Under the pieces are notes generated by a model, which made no database searches, was not told the DNA's origin, and saw nothing but the letters and a program-made list of their open reading frames with translations. Below are positions 35,499 to 48,060 of a stretch of 64,000 nt of DNA, piece by piece (within the stretch, counting starts at the first letter, position 1; each line of letters starts with the position of its first letter). Source of the DNA: Cyanophora paradoxa CCMP329 (lineage: Eukaryota; Plantae; Glaucophyta); contig QPMI01000123.1 in the NCBI GenBank assembly GCA_004431415.1, positions 124,001 through 188,000 on the forward strand, read 5' to 3'. The translations under genes were made by a program, and so were the position numbers.

Positions 35499-38400
35499 GG
35501 CGAGGGCGCGCCGGCGCGTCCTGCGGCAGTGTCTGAGTGCATCGCAATCTCGAGTGCATCGGGTTTGAGTGGGGCGAGGCGCGCGGGGAGGGCAGCGCCC
35601 AGGCCGGCGACGCTCTGCGGCCCGAAGCGGGACCGATGTGGAGTAGCTGGCGGGAGACACGCTGCGAACAGTCGGCGACCTAGCTGATGCGCTCGAAGCC
35701 CTGAGCGGCAGGCGCCAGCGGGGGCGACTGCAAGGGGCCTGGACTGCCTGCGGGGCCGTGGGGGCTCGGAGCCGGCGGCGGGGGCGCGAGGGGCCTCCCC
35801 GGGAGGAGGGGAGGGGGCGTGAGGGCGGCGGCGCGCTCGGGGCCGGCGGGGGCCCGCAGGTAGAGGCTCGCGGCGGCGCGGTGCCGGGAGAGGAGCTGCG
35901 CCCCGCTGCCCTCGCCCCCCACGCTCCCGTCGCTCGGGCCCTCCTCCCCGGGGTCGCCTCGGGCCCCGCCGACGGCGAGGGGCACGCCGCCGCCGCCGGC
36001 GGGGCCGGCCGCGCGGGGGGCGAGGGCGCGGGCGAGGCCCTCGCCGACCCCGACGCGCCGCCGCTGCTTCAGGAGGCCCGGCCCGTCCGCCTCGTCCGCA
36101 GCATCCTCCCCGCGGCCGCCCGCCCGAGCGCCCAGTCCGCCGGCGCGCTGGGCGGCGGCGCTGCGCGGGCGGACCGCAGCGTCAGCGTTGAGCCGGGGCG
36201 GGGGCGGGGCGGGGCGGGGCGGACCGGACGCCGAGGCCGATCTCGACGACGGCGGCGTCGAGGGCGGAGGGGAGGCCGCGCTGGCGCCCGTAGAGCATCA
36301 CGGCGAGGAGGAGGAGCTTGGAGGCGGCGTTGAAGGTCGCGCAGTACGAGGCCCCGGGGGCCAGCTCCCCGTCCGCCAGGCTTAGGCCGACGTTCCCGAA
36401 GGCCGAGGTCGTCTCGAAGACGATGCGCACGAGGCCCTGGCCCCGCGCCGCCCGCGCCGCCTTCGCCCCGTCGCTCAGCTCCGACATCGCGATCAGCTGC
36501 GCCGCCGGCCGGGGCACACGATCAGCGGGGGGTGCGGCGGCCGGGGGGACGGGGGCGCCTGGGCGGCGAGGAAGAGGAGGGCGAGCTCGCTCGTGGCGAG
36601 CCGCCGCGCCCGCTTCGCCGCCACCTCCACCAGCGTCCGCCGCTTCGCCCCGGCCCCCGCACCCGCCTCCGCCGCAGCCGCCCCGCCCCCTGCCCCCTCT
36701 CCCGCCTTCCCAGCGCCCTCATTGTCCTCAGCCGTCAGCCGCATGGTCACGATGTAGGGGTAGCTGCGTCCCCGTGCGCGTCAGGCGGGGCGGGGAGGGG
36801 AGGCAGGGGGAGCCAGCGACCTCCCGACGAGCATGAGGGCGACGAGGAGGAGGACGAGTGCGGGATTCAGCTCGGTCGTGTTCACCACCTCGAAGCCTGC
36901 GCCCGCCCCGTCACGCACCCCCGGCGGGGCTCGCAGCGCGGGAGGGGCGAGGGGCACCGGCGGCGCGAGTGGAGACGGCCTGAGTGACTGCGCCCCCGAC
37001 CACGGAGCAGGTCAGAGCGGAGCGCGGGGAGGGGCGGCGGTGCGCGGCGGGGCGCGCACAGGCGGCGACGAGCTGCACGCCGGCGGACAAGTTGGCGTAG
37101 GGCGCGAAGGCTGCGCGGGGCGTGAGGGCCGCAGGGGCGGGGCAGGGCGGGGCGGGGCGGGCGGGGCGGGGCGAGGCGGACGGGGCCGGTTGAGGGCGAG
37201 CTCGGAGGCGAGCTGGAGGGCGACGAAGGCGAGGTTGAGGGCGGCGAGGGCGCGCGTCTGGAGCGGGGGAAGAGGAACGCCGAGCAGCGCCGCGAGTGCT
37301 CCAGCAGGTACTCCAGCGCCTCCAGCTCCCTGCCCCCGCCCCCCGCCCCCGCGTCGGCCCCCGCGCCGCGGCCCGCCGAGGCCAGGGCGGGGCTCCCGAG
37401 GGCGAACCTCGCGCGGCGGGCCTCGTCGAGCGCGCCGCCGCGGGGCCGCACGCGCGCGTTGGCCCAGCGCTGCCCCGCGATGATGCACCGGAGCGCCACC
37501 GGCTGCGCGGCGGGACATCGGCAGGGCGGGGCGGGGCGGGGCGGGACGGGGCGGCGCACGTAAAAAGTGTTGCCGAGGAGGATAAGGACGGCGATGGCGA
37601 GCAGCGGGGCCGGCTTGCGGCGCAGCGACTCGAGCGAGTCGGGGAAGAGGCTGAGGCCGGCGTTGTTGAAGGCGGAGACGGCAAGAAAGAGCCCCGCCGC
37701 GTACGGGCTCGCCCCGGCCGCCTCGCACAACGCCCGCGCCTCGCCGTCCCAGGCGAGGAGGGCCCCGAGGAGGAGGAAGCCGAGCAGCTGGACGGCGAGG
37801 AAGTACCAGAGGATGGCCCTCAGCAGCTTCCCCAGCGCCCGGTACTCCACCACCTGCCCCCGGCCGCGGCCCACCTCGGCTCGAGCCCGAGCTGGCGCAC
37901 GGCGCTGCGGCGGACCTGCCGGTACGTGTAGGGCCTGCCCTCGCAGTCGGCCGGCGCGATCTCCTGCTTGCTGGCCCCCCGCGGGACACCCGAGAGCTGC
38001 CCCGCCGCGCACGTCACGATCAGCCGGCGCCGCACGCGTGGCGGAAGCAGAAGGCGGGCCCGGGGCACCCTGCGGAACAGGACCCGCCGGATCGCGAGCG
38101 GCGCAGCCGAAAGGAGGACGAGGCTGCCCGTGAGCACTCCGAAAAGCATCACCTGCGCGCCGCGGCGTGGAGAAACTTGAAAGTAAAGAAAAGCCATCTT
38201 CAAGGCTTGGCAAGAGGTTGGGGCCCCGGGGCGTGGAGCACCCCCTGACTGCCGTGACTCAGCTTTGCCGGGTCCTTCGTCACGAGTCCGACGGTCAGCA
38301 TCCACTAGGGGAGCCCCCCCCAGTTCCAATAGCTCGGAATCATGAAGTTTGCTGGCAAAACTGTGACTATTGTAAATCGGAACAACGAAGTTCCCAACTT

Positions 38401-39214
38401 CGTTCGCACTATGCACAGCTCTCGTACGATCATGTAGTACCGACAGCGTCAGTTGTAACGAGAGTAATCCAGAGCTGTCCACAGAGAACACGGCGCGGCC
38501 GGCGCGCGGCACAGGGCGCCCGGGGAGCACTATCAGTGCGCTAGGGCAGCTAATTAGGGGTCATAGCTACGACTGGCAGCGCAGGTGCGGCTCCGGAGCT
38601 CGGTTGCAGTCGCCGAGTCGACCAGCGCCGGCGGCCTCCTGAGCGCTTTCGAACGCTAGCTATGGCTGTGCGTTCGTGTTTGGTGCGTGTGCGGCCCGCG
38701 CCGGGCTTCTCGATAGAGGTGCCGACCGCGCGCCTTGTAGGAAGCGCGCACGCGGGCCACGTCAGTGCCAACGCTTTGTTAGGAAGGCCTATGTGCTATA
38801 AAGACCGCGTTTGCACAGCTAGAGCCCGCGGTTCCGGGTGTGCCGTGGCTCGTTGGGGTACTGCGTGCTGTTAAGTGGTGCTAGTACCCCCAAGCGCGAA
38901 GCGCTGACAAGCGGAGCCGGCTGAAGAAAGGAAAGTGCGCTGAATCGGGCCTTACTGGTCAGATTGGCTCACAATGTGCCCGGATGCGCAGGCTAGCTAG
39001 CTCCGATCTTCTTCAAGAGCTTCCGGGCGAGCTACCAAAGGCGCTCCTGGTCAAGCTTTCGTTTGTAGAGCGCGTCCGGCTCGAGCGCGTGTCGAGGCTG
39101 TCCTAGACTTTCGTGAGACTAGCCTCGCCATCGACCACAGAGCTCACAGGCTGCCAGACGAGGTGGGGGCGGAGGTGTTCGCGACGCGACCTCGTACCTC
39201 GTACTTGTCAGACA

Positions 39215-40420
39215 GCGGCGCGGCTCACGGGACGGAGCGGAGGTGCGGCGGGCGGCGGCGCAGCTCGCCGGGCGAGACGGAGGCGTGGCGGACGGCGGCG
39301 CGGCTTGCCGTACGGGGCGGGGGCTCGGGGGGCGGCGGCGCGGCTCACCGCACGGCGCCGGGGCTTAGGGGGCGGCGGCGCGGCTCACCGCACGGCGCCG
39401 GGGCTCGGCGGGCGGCGGCGCGGCTCACCGCACGGCGCGGAAGCTCGATGGGCGGCGGCGCAGCTCGACGGGCGGGGCGGGGGCTCGGCGGGCGGCGGCG
39501 CAGCTCACCGCACGGGGCGGGGGCGTGGCGGGCGGCGGCGCGGCTCGCTGGGCGGGGCGGAGGCGCGGCGGGCGACGGCGCGGCTCGCCGGGCGGGGCGG
39601 AGACTCGTCGGGCGGCGGCGCAGCTCGACGGGCGGGGCGGGGACGCGGCGGGCGGCGGCGCGGCTCTCCGGGCGGGGCGGGGGCGCGGCGGGCGGCGGCG
39701 CGGCTCGCCGGGCGGGGCGGAGACTCGTCGGCCGGCGGCGCAGCTCGATGGGCGAATCGGAGACTCGTCGGGCGGCGGCGCAGCTCGCCGGGCGGGGCGG
39801 GGGCGCGGCGGACGGCGGCGCGGCACGCCGGGCGGGGCTGCGGCGCGGCGGGCGACGGCGCGGCTCGCCGGGCGGGGCGGGGGCGCGGCGTACGGCGGCG
39901 CGGCTCGCCGGGCGGGGCAGAGACTTGTCGGGCGGCGGCGCAGCTCGCCGGGCGGGGCGGGGCGTGGCGGACGGCGGCGCGGCTCTCCGGGCGGGGCTGC
40001 GGCGCGGCGGGCGACGGCGCGGCTCGCCGGGCGGGGCGGGGGCGCGGCGGACGGCGGCGCAGCTCGACGGGCGGGGCGGGGGCGCGGCGTACGGCGGCGC
40101 GGCACACCGGGCGGGGCGGGGCGCGGCGGACGGCGGCGCGGCTCGCCGGGCGGGGCGGAGGCGCGGCGGGCGACGGCGCGGCTCGCCGGGCGGGGCGGAG
40201 ACTCGTCGGGCGGCGGCGCAGCTCGACGGGCGGGGCGGCGGCGCGGCGGGCGACGGCGCGGCTCGCCGGGCGGCGCAGCGGGCGGCGGCGCGGCTCGCCG
40301 GGCGGGGCGGCGGCGCGGGGGCGGCTTTGCGGACGGCGGCGCGGGTCGCAGGGCGGGGCGGCGGCGCGGCGGGCAACAGCTCCGCGGCGGGGCTCGCCGC
40401 ACGGGGCGGGGGCTCTGCGG
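39215..40420 (+). repeat. G-rich 40-bp minisatellite with 10-bp sub-period, about 30 copies, inside the CACTA element
   Basis: Consensus close to cggctcgccg ggcggggcgg gggcgcggcg ggcggcggcg. The period of 40 is not a multiple of 3. Confidence 0.9.
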
Positions 40421-42017
40421 CTTCAAGGCTAGTTACCACGTCAAAATATGTTGCTTTGACGTACTGCTTCATGGCCTGGCTGCGCGAGAGTGCGCAATGT
40501 GGCACTGCAGATCTAGAACAGAATCAGATGCACCCCTTCCCCCTTCGTGTCCGGATCCTAGAGCCTCGGAGCAAGCTACCGAAGGAGATTCAAGCTTAAA
40601 TAACTAAGTTTATTGAAAGGGAGATGTTTATAGCATATAATTACATGAGATGTGCTGGGTGACATAGTGCCGCACTATCATAGTATCACTTTTGAGTTGA
40701 CAAGCCGAAAGTACGACTCTAACTTTTCAACATAACACTGACTCATGATCAGTGATCATGATCGATATTGAACGTGCCGCATGATCGTGCAAGATGAAAA
40801 TCGGACAGCATAATGAACATCCATTATACTTTCATTTAACTCAGTGAGTCCAGCGAGAATGCGGTCAGGCGGCTTGCTCTAACATCAAGCCCTTCGAGAG
40901 CCCGTGCTGTGGCGTGTGCGCAGGGCCTGGGCTCGATCCTAGACAGCGAAACAATCAATTTTCAAACGTTATACAAGATCCTGTCACTAGGCAGAGCGGC
41001 GCGCGCCCTACACTGTCCACTAGCATGAGATTCTCCAGTGGGGTCCGTGACAGACTCGGATCAAATCGAGCGCCCGAAGGCCACGACGAGGCAGGCGTAT
41101 ATCTATGCACCGTATTAGCACTTCTATGAAGAACAGAGCAGAATGCTGCGATATGGGCGCAAGCGCACTGGCACGCACGGCAGCGCGTCGTGGAATCGAT
41201 ATCTGTGTGCACGTGGTGGGGTCAGTTCAAAGGCGCGTGGCCGAGCGAGCGACGCGCGACAGTAGCGCAAACTCCTGCAGTGCGTGCAATCTGCGTATGT
41301 GGTCAGTGCAGTCTCGCACGCCCGCCCCGGCGGACGCGGCAGGTGTCCGATTGACGTCCGGCGGCGGGCTGCTGTCTGGAAGCACGCCCAGCTGCTACAG
41401 TCGGCCGTCTGCTAGCTGTAGGCCAGGCTAACGGCAGGCTGAGCTCGGCTTGCTGCTGGGCCAGTGCTGGCCCAGGGTAGATCCGGCTGGTCCGGGGTAT
41501 ACGTAGATCCTCGCTAACGGCCAGCAGCTTCAAACAGCGGCCCAACCTGCACCTAACTCGCGCTCGACCAGCGTCTAGGGACCTCTAGCGAGCTGCTGTG
41601 CCTTGCTCTCGCGCAGGGAAGCCGCGGCAGTCGGCTGCAGCCGGGTTTTGAACAGGCCAGGTCCGACGGCCCGTCCCCGGCGGGCTGCCGAGCGCTCATG
41701 TGCTCGTTGCTTCCCAGAGCGTTCCTAGAAGCGGGCGGCTTCCTCGCCGAGCGCCGAGCGGCATTTTCCGCGGTCTCGCAAGGTTCGACCGGCAACCGTC
41801 GCGTAAATCTTGCCTCGGGAGGCGCCGCGGTCGTTTTGTGTGCTCTTTGCGCTGAACATGTTGCGCAGGAGCGGTCGGTGGACGTGCGCTCGTCTGTTCC
41901 CCCCGTTGAGTCCATCCGGCCGCTCGCTTGAGTGAGCGCTCCAGCCCTGCGGTCTCCGCTCGCTTGAGTGAGCGTCGTGGTCTCCGCGCTCGAAGAGTGA
42001 TCTTCGTTGCGCAGGAT

Positions 42018-43327
42018 ATGGGCGACAAGCGCGAGGCGGCGGCCGCGGTTCCGGTGGCGACAGCCGCGCCGGTGTTCAAGGAGCTCGAGGTACTGCCCCC
42101 GCCTATTTCTCAACGAGTCTGACGTGCAGTTTTAGCCCGCGCGGAAGCGCCGCAGGAGGAGGCGGCCCGCAGGCTGCGGTCCGACGGTCCAGACTTTGAC
42201 CCTTGCTGCACCCGACTTCCTCTGTTGCGAAACGGTGCGGTCCTCACCTTAAAGCTTCCCCCTCAATCTGAATCTGACTTTCGCACAGGAACCTGTGGGC
42301 TACTTGAAAGTCGCTCACATCTTGCCCTTCCTCAAGGACGGGCTCAAGGTGCGGCTCTTCGTCGCCAAGATCGACGTCTACGTCGTCGACGAGGGGTTCT
42401 TCTTCGTCGGCATCGGCATTCTAGTGCCCAAGGTACGGGCCAAGATGAACCCCTCCCCTCCCCCCCCCCCCCCCCCCTCGCCCCACGTCGCCCCCGCAGT
42501 ACACCCTCCAAGCTATATCTAGATGCCCTACCCCGCCCCGCCTCCGCTCCGCCCCCTCCGGGCCGCCGGTGGGGGTAAGCCTTCGCCGGCGTCTTCGGAC
42601 AAGGTACCCCCCGGTAGCTGGGGTCCCTTGGTCCGACGGCGCTGGTGAGGGCGTACCCCCCTCGCGGGCCCCGATCGGGCACTAGCTCTAGATGCCCTTT
42701 CTCGCCCGCCCCCTCCGGGCCCCCGATGGGGGTACGCCTTCGCCGGCGTCTTCGGACAAGGTACCCCCCGGTAGCTGGGGTCCCTTGGTCCGAAGGCGCT
42801 GGTGAGGGCGTACCCCCCTCGCGGGCCCCCATCGGGCACTAGCTCTAGATGCCCCTACTCGCCCGCCCCCTCCGGGCCCCCGATGGGGGTACGCCTTCGC
42901 CGGCGTCTTCGGACAAGGTACCCCCCGGTAGCTGGGGTCCCTTGGTCCGAAGGCGCTGGTGAGGGCGTACCCCCCTCGCGCGGGCCACGTCGGGGCGCTA
43001 GCTTCATAGCTAAACGCCGTACCCCTCTTCAGTTGGGCCACATACTGACTCCATTTCAGTTGGGCGAAGCGGAGGAGCCCTCGGACGTCGTCAAGTTGGT
43101 TGTGCTGGCCGAAGGCAAAGCTGACGAGGACGTGCTGGGCAGAAAGGTAGCTCTGTCACTCCCCTTGAGGTTTATTCAGTTCATTCACGTCTAGAGTGCA
43201 GATCCCCGAGGATATCACGGAGTTTCCTGGCAACGAAGAGCTCACTACGTTCAGTGGGCTGGAAGGCCGAGTGATCTTCTGGCCCAAGGCCCTCCTTTCC
43301 CTCCTCCGCAGTGCTAGCGCTAGATAG
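42018..43327 (+). CDS. Small spliced transposon-borne gene (about 160 aa) with an NLS-like stretch; resembles the Tnp1/TnpA-type C-terminal domain
   Basis: MGDKRE..KELE|PARKRRRRRRPAGCGPT|EPVGYLKV..FVGIGILVPK|LGEAEEPSDVVKLVVL..GRK|IPEDITEFPGNEELTTFSGLEGRVIFWPKALL. All introns GT-AG, phase 0. Family assignment rests on the terminal IFWPK motif by eye. Confidence 0.55.
42519..42985 (+). repeat. Three tandem copies of a ~157-bp unit within an intron of the transposon gene
   Basis: ctagatgccc..gccttcgccggcgtcttcggacaaggtaccccccggtagctggggtcccttggtccga..; units start near 42519, 42688 and 42845. Confidence 0.92.
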
Positions 43328-44477
43328 TGCGCGGCCGCGGGCGGCGCTGTGTTGCAATTGCAGTATTCATGCATGGCAACCCCCGGCGCTGCAGGGCCGG
43401 GTGCACGGGGCGGGGGTGCGGGCGCCCGGGTGCGCGAGCCTGCTATTTATAGCTTTTCTGGGAACTCTTCCCTTCGTCGTCGGAACAATTGCTCTTCCTA
43501 TCGGAACAATTGCTATTGCTCTCGGAACTCCTGACTTGGGATCTCCATGGCCTCCAAAACTAATTGTACTTTTTGATCATTAGTTCCCAGAGTTACGAAG
43601 TTTCCAGTATGGAGAATTTGGGAACTTCGTTGTTCCGAAACCGTAAGACTATCTGATTCCGAGCTATTGGAACTGGGGGGGGCCCCCCTAGTGATCGCCG
43701 AAGCATACAGAAAGACGGAGTCGAGGAAGCTCACGGGCGCCTGCGCGCCTCGCCCCGGTGAACCTCAGGGAGCGCTCAGTATATCCAATTTCTCTGAAAT
43801 TTACACTTTCGAGGCCCGAGGGGTGTCGACGCACCAACACGAGGCTGGGCTCGTTCTTCTTGCTCGTAGCGGAGGAGCGCTCGTTAGCGTAGATGACAAT
43901 TGCACCGATGAGGATACAGACAGAGAAATACGCCAAATGCAGCAGCGGATATTGCGACAGGCACTTCAGCGCGATCCTCCACAACGCGCCGGGCACAGCC
44001 ACCCCTGACGATGGTGCATTCGGCGAGGACGAGCTGGAGGATCTTGCGTCCATATGCATGGCCATGTCCGGCGCCGCGGCCGGCGCTAGCTGCAGATGAT
44101 CGCGCTTGTCTGCCTCGTTCAACGACCCGCCCGGTGGCGGCATTGTACATGTGGTCCGCGCCACTAGTACTGTGGTTCTCAGCGGTGCCGGCTACCAGCG
44201 CTAGCTTCCCGACGCTGCGATCCAACGACGAAGTGCTTGCAGTGATCGAACGCGATGAGGTAGGGTCCGCAGCGCCTTCCGCTGTCGCAATGAGGACAAG
44301 TGGCTCGTCGACGCGCGGAAGGACAAGGCCCGCCAGATCGAAAACGGCCTGAAAAGCGAGCTTTCGATCACCGCACGATCAGCGTGGACTCCAGCTTTTA
44401 GGGAAGGACCCCCTGGAAAGCGCAGCGGCTTCGAGATGAGGCTCTACCCCCATTCGCAAACGTCTGAAACGTCGAAG

Positions 44478-45316
44478 ATGCCGCACGCGTTCGCCTTCGT
44501 CGCCGCGCTGCCGCCGCTGCCCGACGCGACGCGTAGAGCCTGTGCCGCTCGGGCGACGGCGTGCCCGCCGACGCCCCAGCGCGTGCGGCGTACAGCCCCG
44601 CCGTCAGCGTACAGCTTCTGCTCGTGGACCCCGGCCGGTGGCATAGTGCGCTTCTCGGGCCGGCCGGTCGGCAGCCGTCAGGTAGCACAGCGCGCCGCGG
44701 GACTCGCCGGCGCGGCGCCCGCGTCGAGGCCTGTCTGCTCCGCGTCCGGCGATGCGGAAACAGCACCGCTGAGCGCCGACATTTCGCTGGTGCGGTGCGT
44801 ATGTGCGCGGCCGCGGCCGTAGCGCGCGGGCGCCGGCGCCTGTACATTTGCTCAGCCGCGGTGCCGCTTGCGCAGCGTTGAGTTGAAGAAGCCCATGGGA
44901 ATGGTCTTAGAGGAAGCCGATGACGGAAATGTGTTCGTTGCATCGGTCGTGGCGGGCGGCGCGGCCGAGCAGGCCGGCGTGCGGGCTGGCGACGGTTCGC
45001 ACGCCCCCGGGCGCGGCTTGACGCATACGGGCGCTTCAGCTTCGATTGATGGGGCGCGGCAGTGATCAGCAAGGTCATGGGCACGTTTATCATCGACTCG
45101 TCGCGCGGCAAGTTCGAGTCGAAGCTGGTGGACGCTAAGGTGCGCGCCCGGCCGCGGCCGCTCTGCTGCGCGCCCGGCGCCTCGCCGCAGCGCTGAGCAA
45201 GCCGGCGATCAGGGCATGAAGCTGAAGACGGTGATGGGTGAGCGCTGGCCGCCGCCCCCCCCTCGCGTGAAAGCTCCACTGCGCATGCTGGCGTGCCCCC
45301 CGAGCCTTTGGCCTGA

Positions 45317-45353
<37 letters not shown>

Positions 45354-45450
45354 AGACGCGATCACGTCGAACGACTACCTGGGCTGCATCACGTGCTCGG
45401 ACCCGGACAGGAAGGTCCCCACCGCCTTCGTCCTCGAGCGCCGCGGGTGA
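44478..45450 (+). CDS. Plastid-targeted PDZ-domain protein
   Basis: Transit peptide MPHAFAFVAALPPL..; PDZ motif SVELKKPMGMVLEE..VFVASVVAGGAAEQAGVRAGD|VISKV; ends FVLERRG-TGA. Confidence 0.8.
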
Positions 45451-45697
45451 TCGCCTGGAGTCGCCCCCGGCCCGCCTGCGCCGTGCAAATGAAAGCGGCG
45501 GTTCACTGGCCCAAACAAGTCTACGCTGGTGCTAGTGCTGCAGCTGCGAGACGGGCACGGAGGGGGACTAGCTGTAGAAGAGCATCTCACGATCAAGCGA
45601 AGAAGAATGCGAATGTGGCAAAGCGAAGCAGCGAGACTGACGGCGAAATCGAAAGGGGTGGACGGGGTCCGGGCGGGATTGCAGCGGAGGCCGGCGG

Positions 45698-48060
45698 CTA
45701 GGCGCCCCTGGGGGGCTTGTTGGCGGCCGCGGGGGCGGGCGAGCTCGCGGGCGGGCTCGCGGCCTCGGGCCCCTTCTCGATGCGGGAGGCGGTGGGGAGG
45801 GTGATCTCGTGCCGCTCCCCGCGCACCATCGCTGCCCGCCGCCGCCTTAGGGCCGCAGCCATCCGAGAGAGGCGACAGGGGCACGGACCGTACATCTTGC
45901 CGGGCTGCGGGGGGGAGGCCGGGGCGGCAGAGGTCAGCAAGGGCGGGTAGGGGGGAGGGGAGAAGAGGTAGGGGGGGGGGGGGGGGGGAAGGAGGGGGTG
46001 CGGGGCCGGGGCCGGGGCGAGCCGCGGGGGCCACGAACCGAGATGTAGTCGTAGATGTCGGGCCCTGGGGGGGGGGCGGGGGGCGTCGGGCGGGGGCGGG
46101 GGCGGGGCGGGGCGCGGGGCGCGGACCGTGGACCTGGACGCCGGTGATGAGGGCCCAGTCGACGTTCTTGTTGGCCACCGTGCTCCGGATGTTCTTCTCC
46201 AGCACCTCCTGGATCACCTCCAGCGTGTACTTCACCTGCGCCCCCGCCCCGCCCCTCGTCCCCCGCGGGGCGCGGGCGGGGCGGGGCGGGCGGACGATCT
46301 CGACGTGGGAGGGGACGGTCCCGTACTTGATCTTGGGCAGCAGCAGCTGCTTCAGCAGGCTCTGCTCCACGTCGTCCGGGCTGCAGGCCGCCCCCGTCAG
46401 CCCCGCGCCCCGCGCCCCGCCGGAGGAGGCAGCCTGGCGCACTCCACCCCAACCTTGACTGGCGGGCGGCCGGTCGGGCGGCGTCAGCCGGCGCCGGCGC
46501 GCCCGGTGGGAGGCAGAGGCGGGGACGCACTGTGGCCGCTCGAGAGCTCCTTGTGGATCCCCTGCAGCGCCCCGCACGCGTGCGAGATCTGCCCTTGCCT
46601 GCGCGCCGCCGGGCTTAGGGGCGGAGATGGAGGGAGCCGGGGGGGACTCACCCGTGCCGCACGCACTGGCCTTTGAGGGGGCGGGCCGTTCCGTGAGAGG
46701 GGCGCGGGGCGGGAGCGGGGGCCACGGCGCCGCGCGCACCGATGACGCCGTCGGCCCCGATGGCGATGTGCGGCTGCAGAGGGGAAGGCGCGGGTCGGGA
46801 GCGCGACGCCGGCGCGAAGCCGGCGGGCGGGCGGACCATAGCGATGTAGAGGTGGCGCTCGATCCCGTCCTGCCCGCCCCGTCATCGCGGGGCGCGGGGC
46901 GCGGGGCGCGGGGCGCACAAACTGAGGCGCGTGGCTCTGCGGACGCGCGGCCGTCAGGAAAGGGAGGATGGGGCCGGGGCGGGGCAGGGGGGACCTGGGC
47001 GGCGATGAGGCCGGTGCGGCCGAGGTGGGGGATCCCCCCCAGGGAGCACATGTCGAAGGCCCCCGAGACGCTCCCCGGCGGCGACCAGTACTCCTGCGCG
47101 CGCGGCCGGCGTCAGGGGTGCGGGCTCACGAAGGGCGGCGATGGGGGACGGGCCTGCAGGTCGGAGTACAGGCTCCTGCAGATTTCGCTGCAGAAGGGTT
47201 CAGCGGAGGCGGGGGAGAGGAAAGGGCCGACGCACTCGCGGCATAGTCCGATGCACTGCGGGGCAGCGGAGGCGACGGAGGAACATGAGAAATGCGTGCG
47301 GCGACACTACTGACGGGCACGGCACCGGGATCGTGTTCCTTCGATTGAAGCTGGACATTGAAAGCAAGTGAGTAAATTAAATACGAGGAAAAATTCGAAA
47401 CTTGGAAATGGATGCTGGAGGCTCACCCGAGCTGGAAGAGGAAGTCGTGCGTGTAGAAGATGAAATGACGCTGTGACTAAAAACACATCAGAGGTCAGTT
47501 TTCGTCAAAGTTTCATCCTACGATTATCTCAAAGAATTCTCGAATTCACCACAGCCTCTGGAAACGAATTCAGGAGAGCCGCGCGGAACTGCAAGACAAA
47601 AGAGTCATGATCAGTGTGCGTGGGAGGGCGAGGCGCCCTTGGCGAGGCGGGAGGCGCTATATAGCTAAGGGCCCGGAGCCTATAAATCGCCCGCTGTGAA
47701 GTTAGACATGTTGCGCGCAGTGTAGCCTTTAGCAGGCCGCGGGTAAGGCGGGTGTACTAGTGTACTGGCGGGCGAGGTAAGTTCATGCGTGGCCGACGGC
47801 GGCCCTTTTGCTTCGATGACGCATCAACTAAACTTAATACCGTAGTACGCACCTTTTCAGGCTCCTTCGAGCTAACTTGCGCGAACTGGCGCTGGGAAAG
47901 CACGTCATGGCTAGCCGCGATCGGCGAGGCGAACGCGGCGAACCTGAGGCATGCCGAAGCCTTTCCGCAGAGATACTGACACGAGCGCGTTCGTTGCGCC
48001 GCTGGCGACGTGCACGCGGCCGAGATGTGGGGTTATGCTCTTCACCGCTGCAAGAAACAT
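45698..48060 (-). CDS. LCIB/LCIC-family (theta-type) carbonic anhydrase
   Basis: G|FNRRNTIP|CIGLCRD|EICR, SLGGIPHLGRTGLIAA, PHIAIGADGVIG, SHACGALQ, PDDVEQSLLKQ, DWALITGVQVH. Cys/His/Cys metal ligands present. The first exons (MFLAAVKSITPHLGR..) are less certain. Confidence 0.85.

Larger units (their letters stand above)
38303..43693. mobile_element. CACTA (En/Spm) DNA transposon, apparently non-autonomous
   Basis: Starts CACTA and ends TAGTG. 40-bp TIRs at 38303-38342 and 43654-43693 with one mismatch. 3-bp TSD ATC at 38300-38302 and 43694-43696. Inverted subterminal 20-mer TCGGAACAACGAAGTTCCCA at 38377-38396 and 43619-43638, with further TCGGAAC words. No DDE transposase ORF seen. Confidence 0.95.
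35680..44143 (-). pseudogene. Trk/HKT-family cation transporter, interrupted by a CACTA transposon in the first pore loop
   Basis: 5' part 43694-44143 (LHLAYFSVCILIGAIVIY..SFLDSVFLYASA). 3' part 35680-38302 (MLTVGLVT..; VEYRALGKL; SAFNNAGLSL; ILLGNTFY; STRAAG|FEVV; FETTSAFGNVGLSL; MLYGRQRGLP). Removing the element and one TSD restores YASAMLTVGL in frame. Confidence 0.88.

Noticed and set aside
39113-40607. ORFs of 330-480 aa in nearly all frames
   Set aside because: They arise from a stop-free 40-bp minisatellite whose period is not a multiple of 3.
40900-41990. Possible transposase remnants inside the CACTA element
   Set aside because: No recognisable TnpD/DDE motifs and frames are broken by stops; a profile search would be needed.
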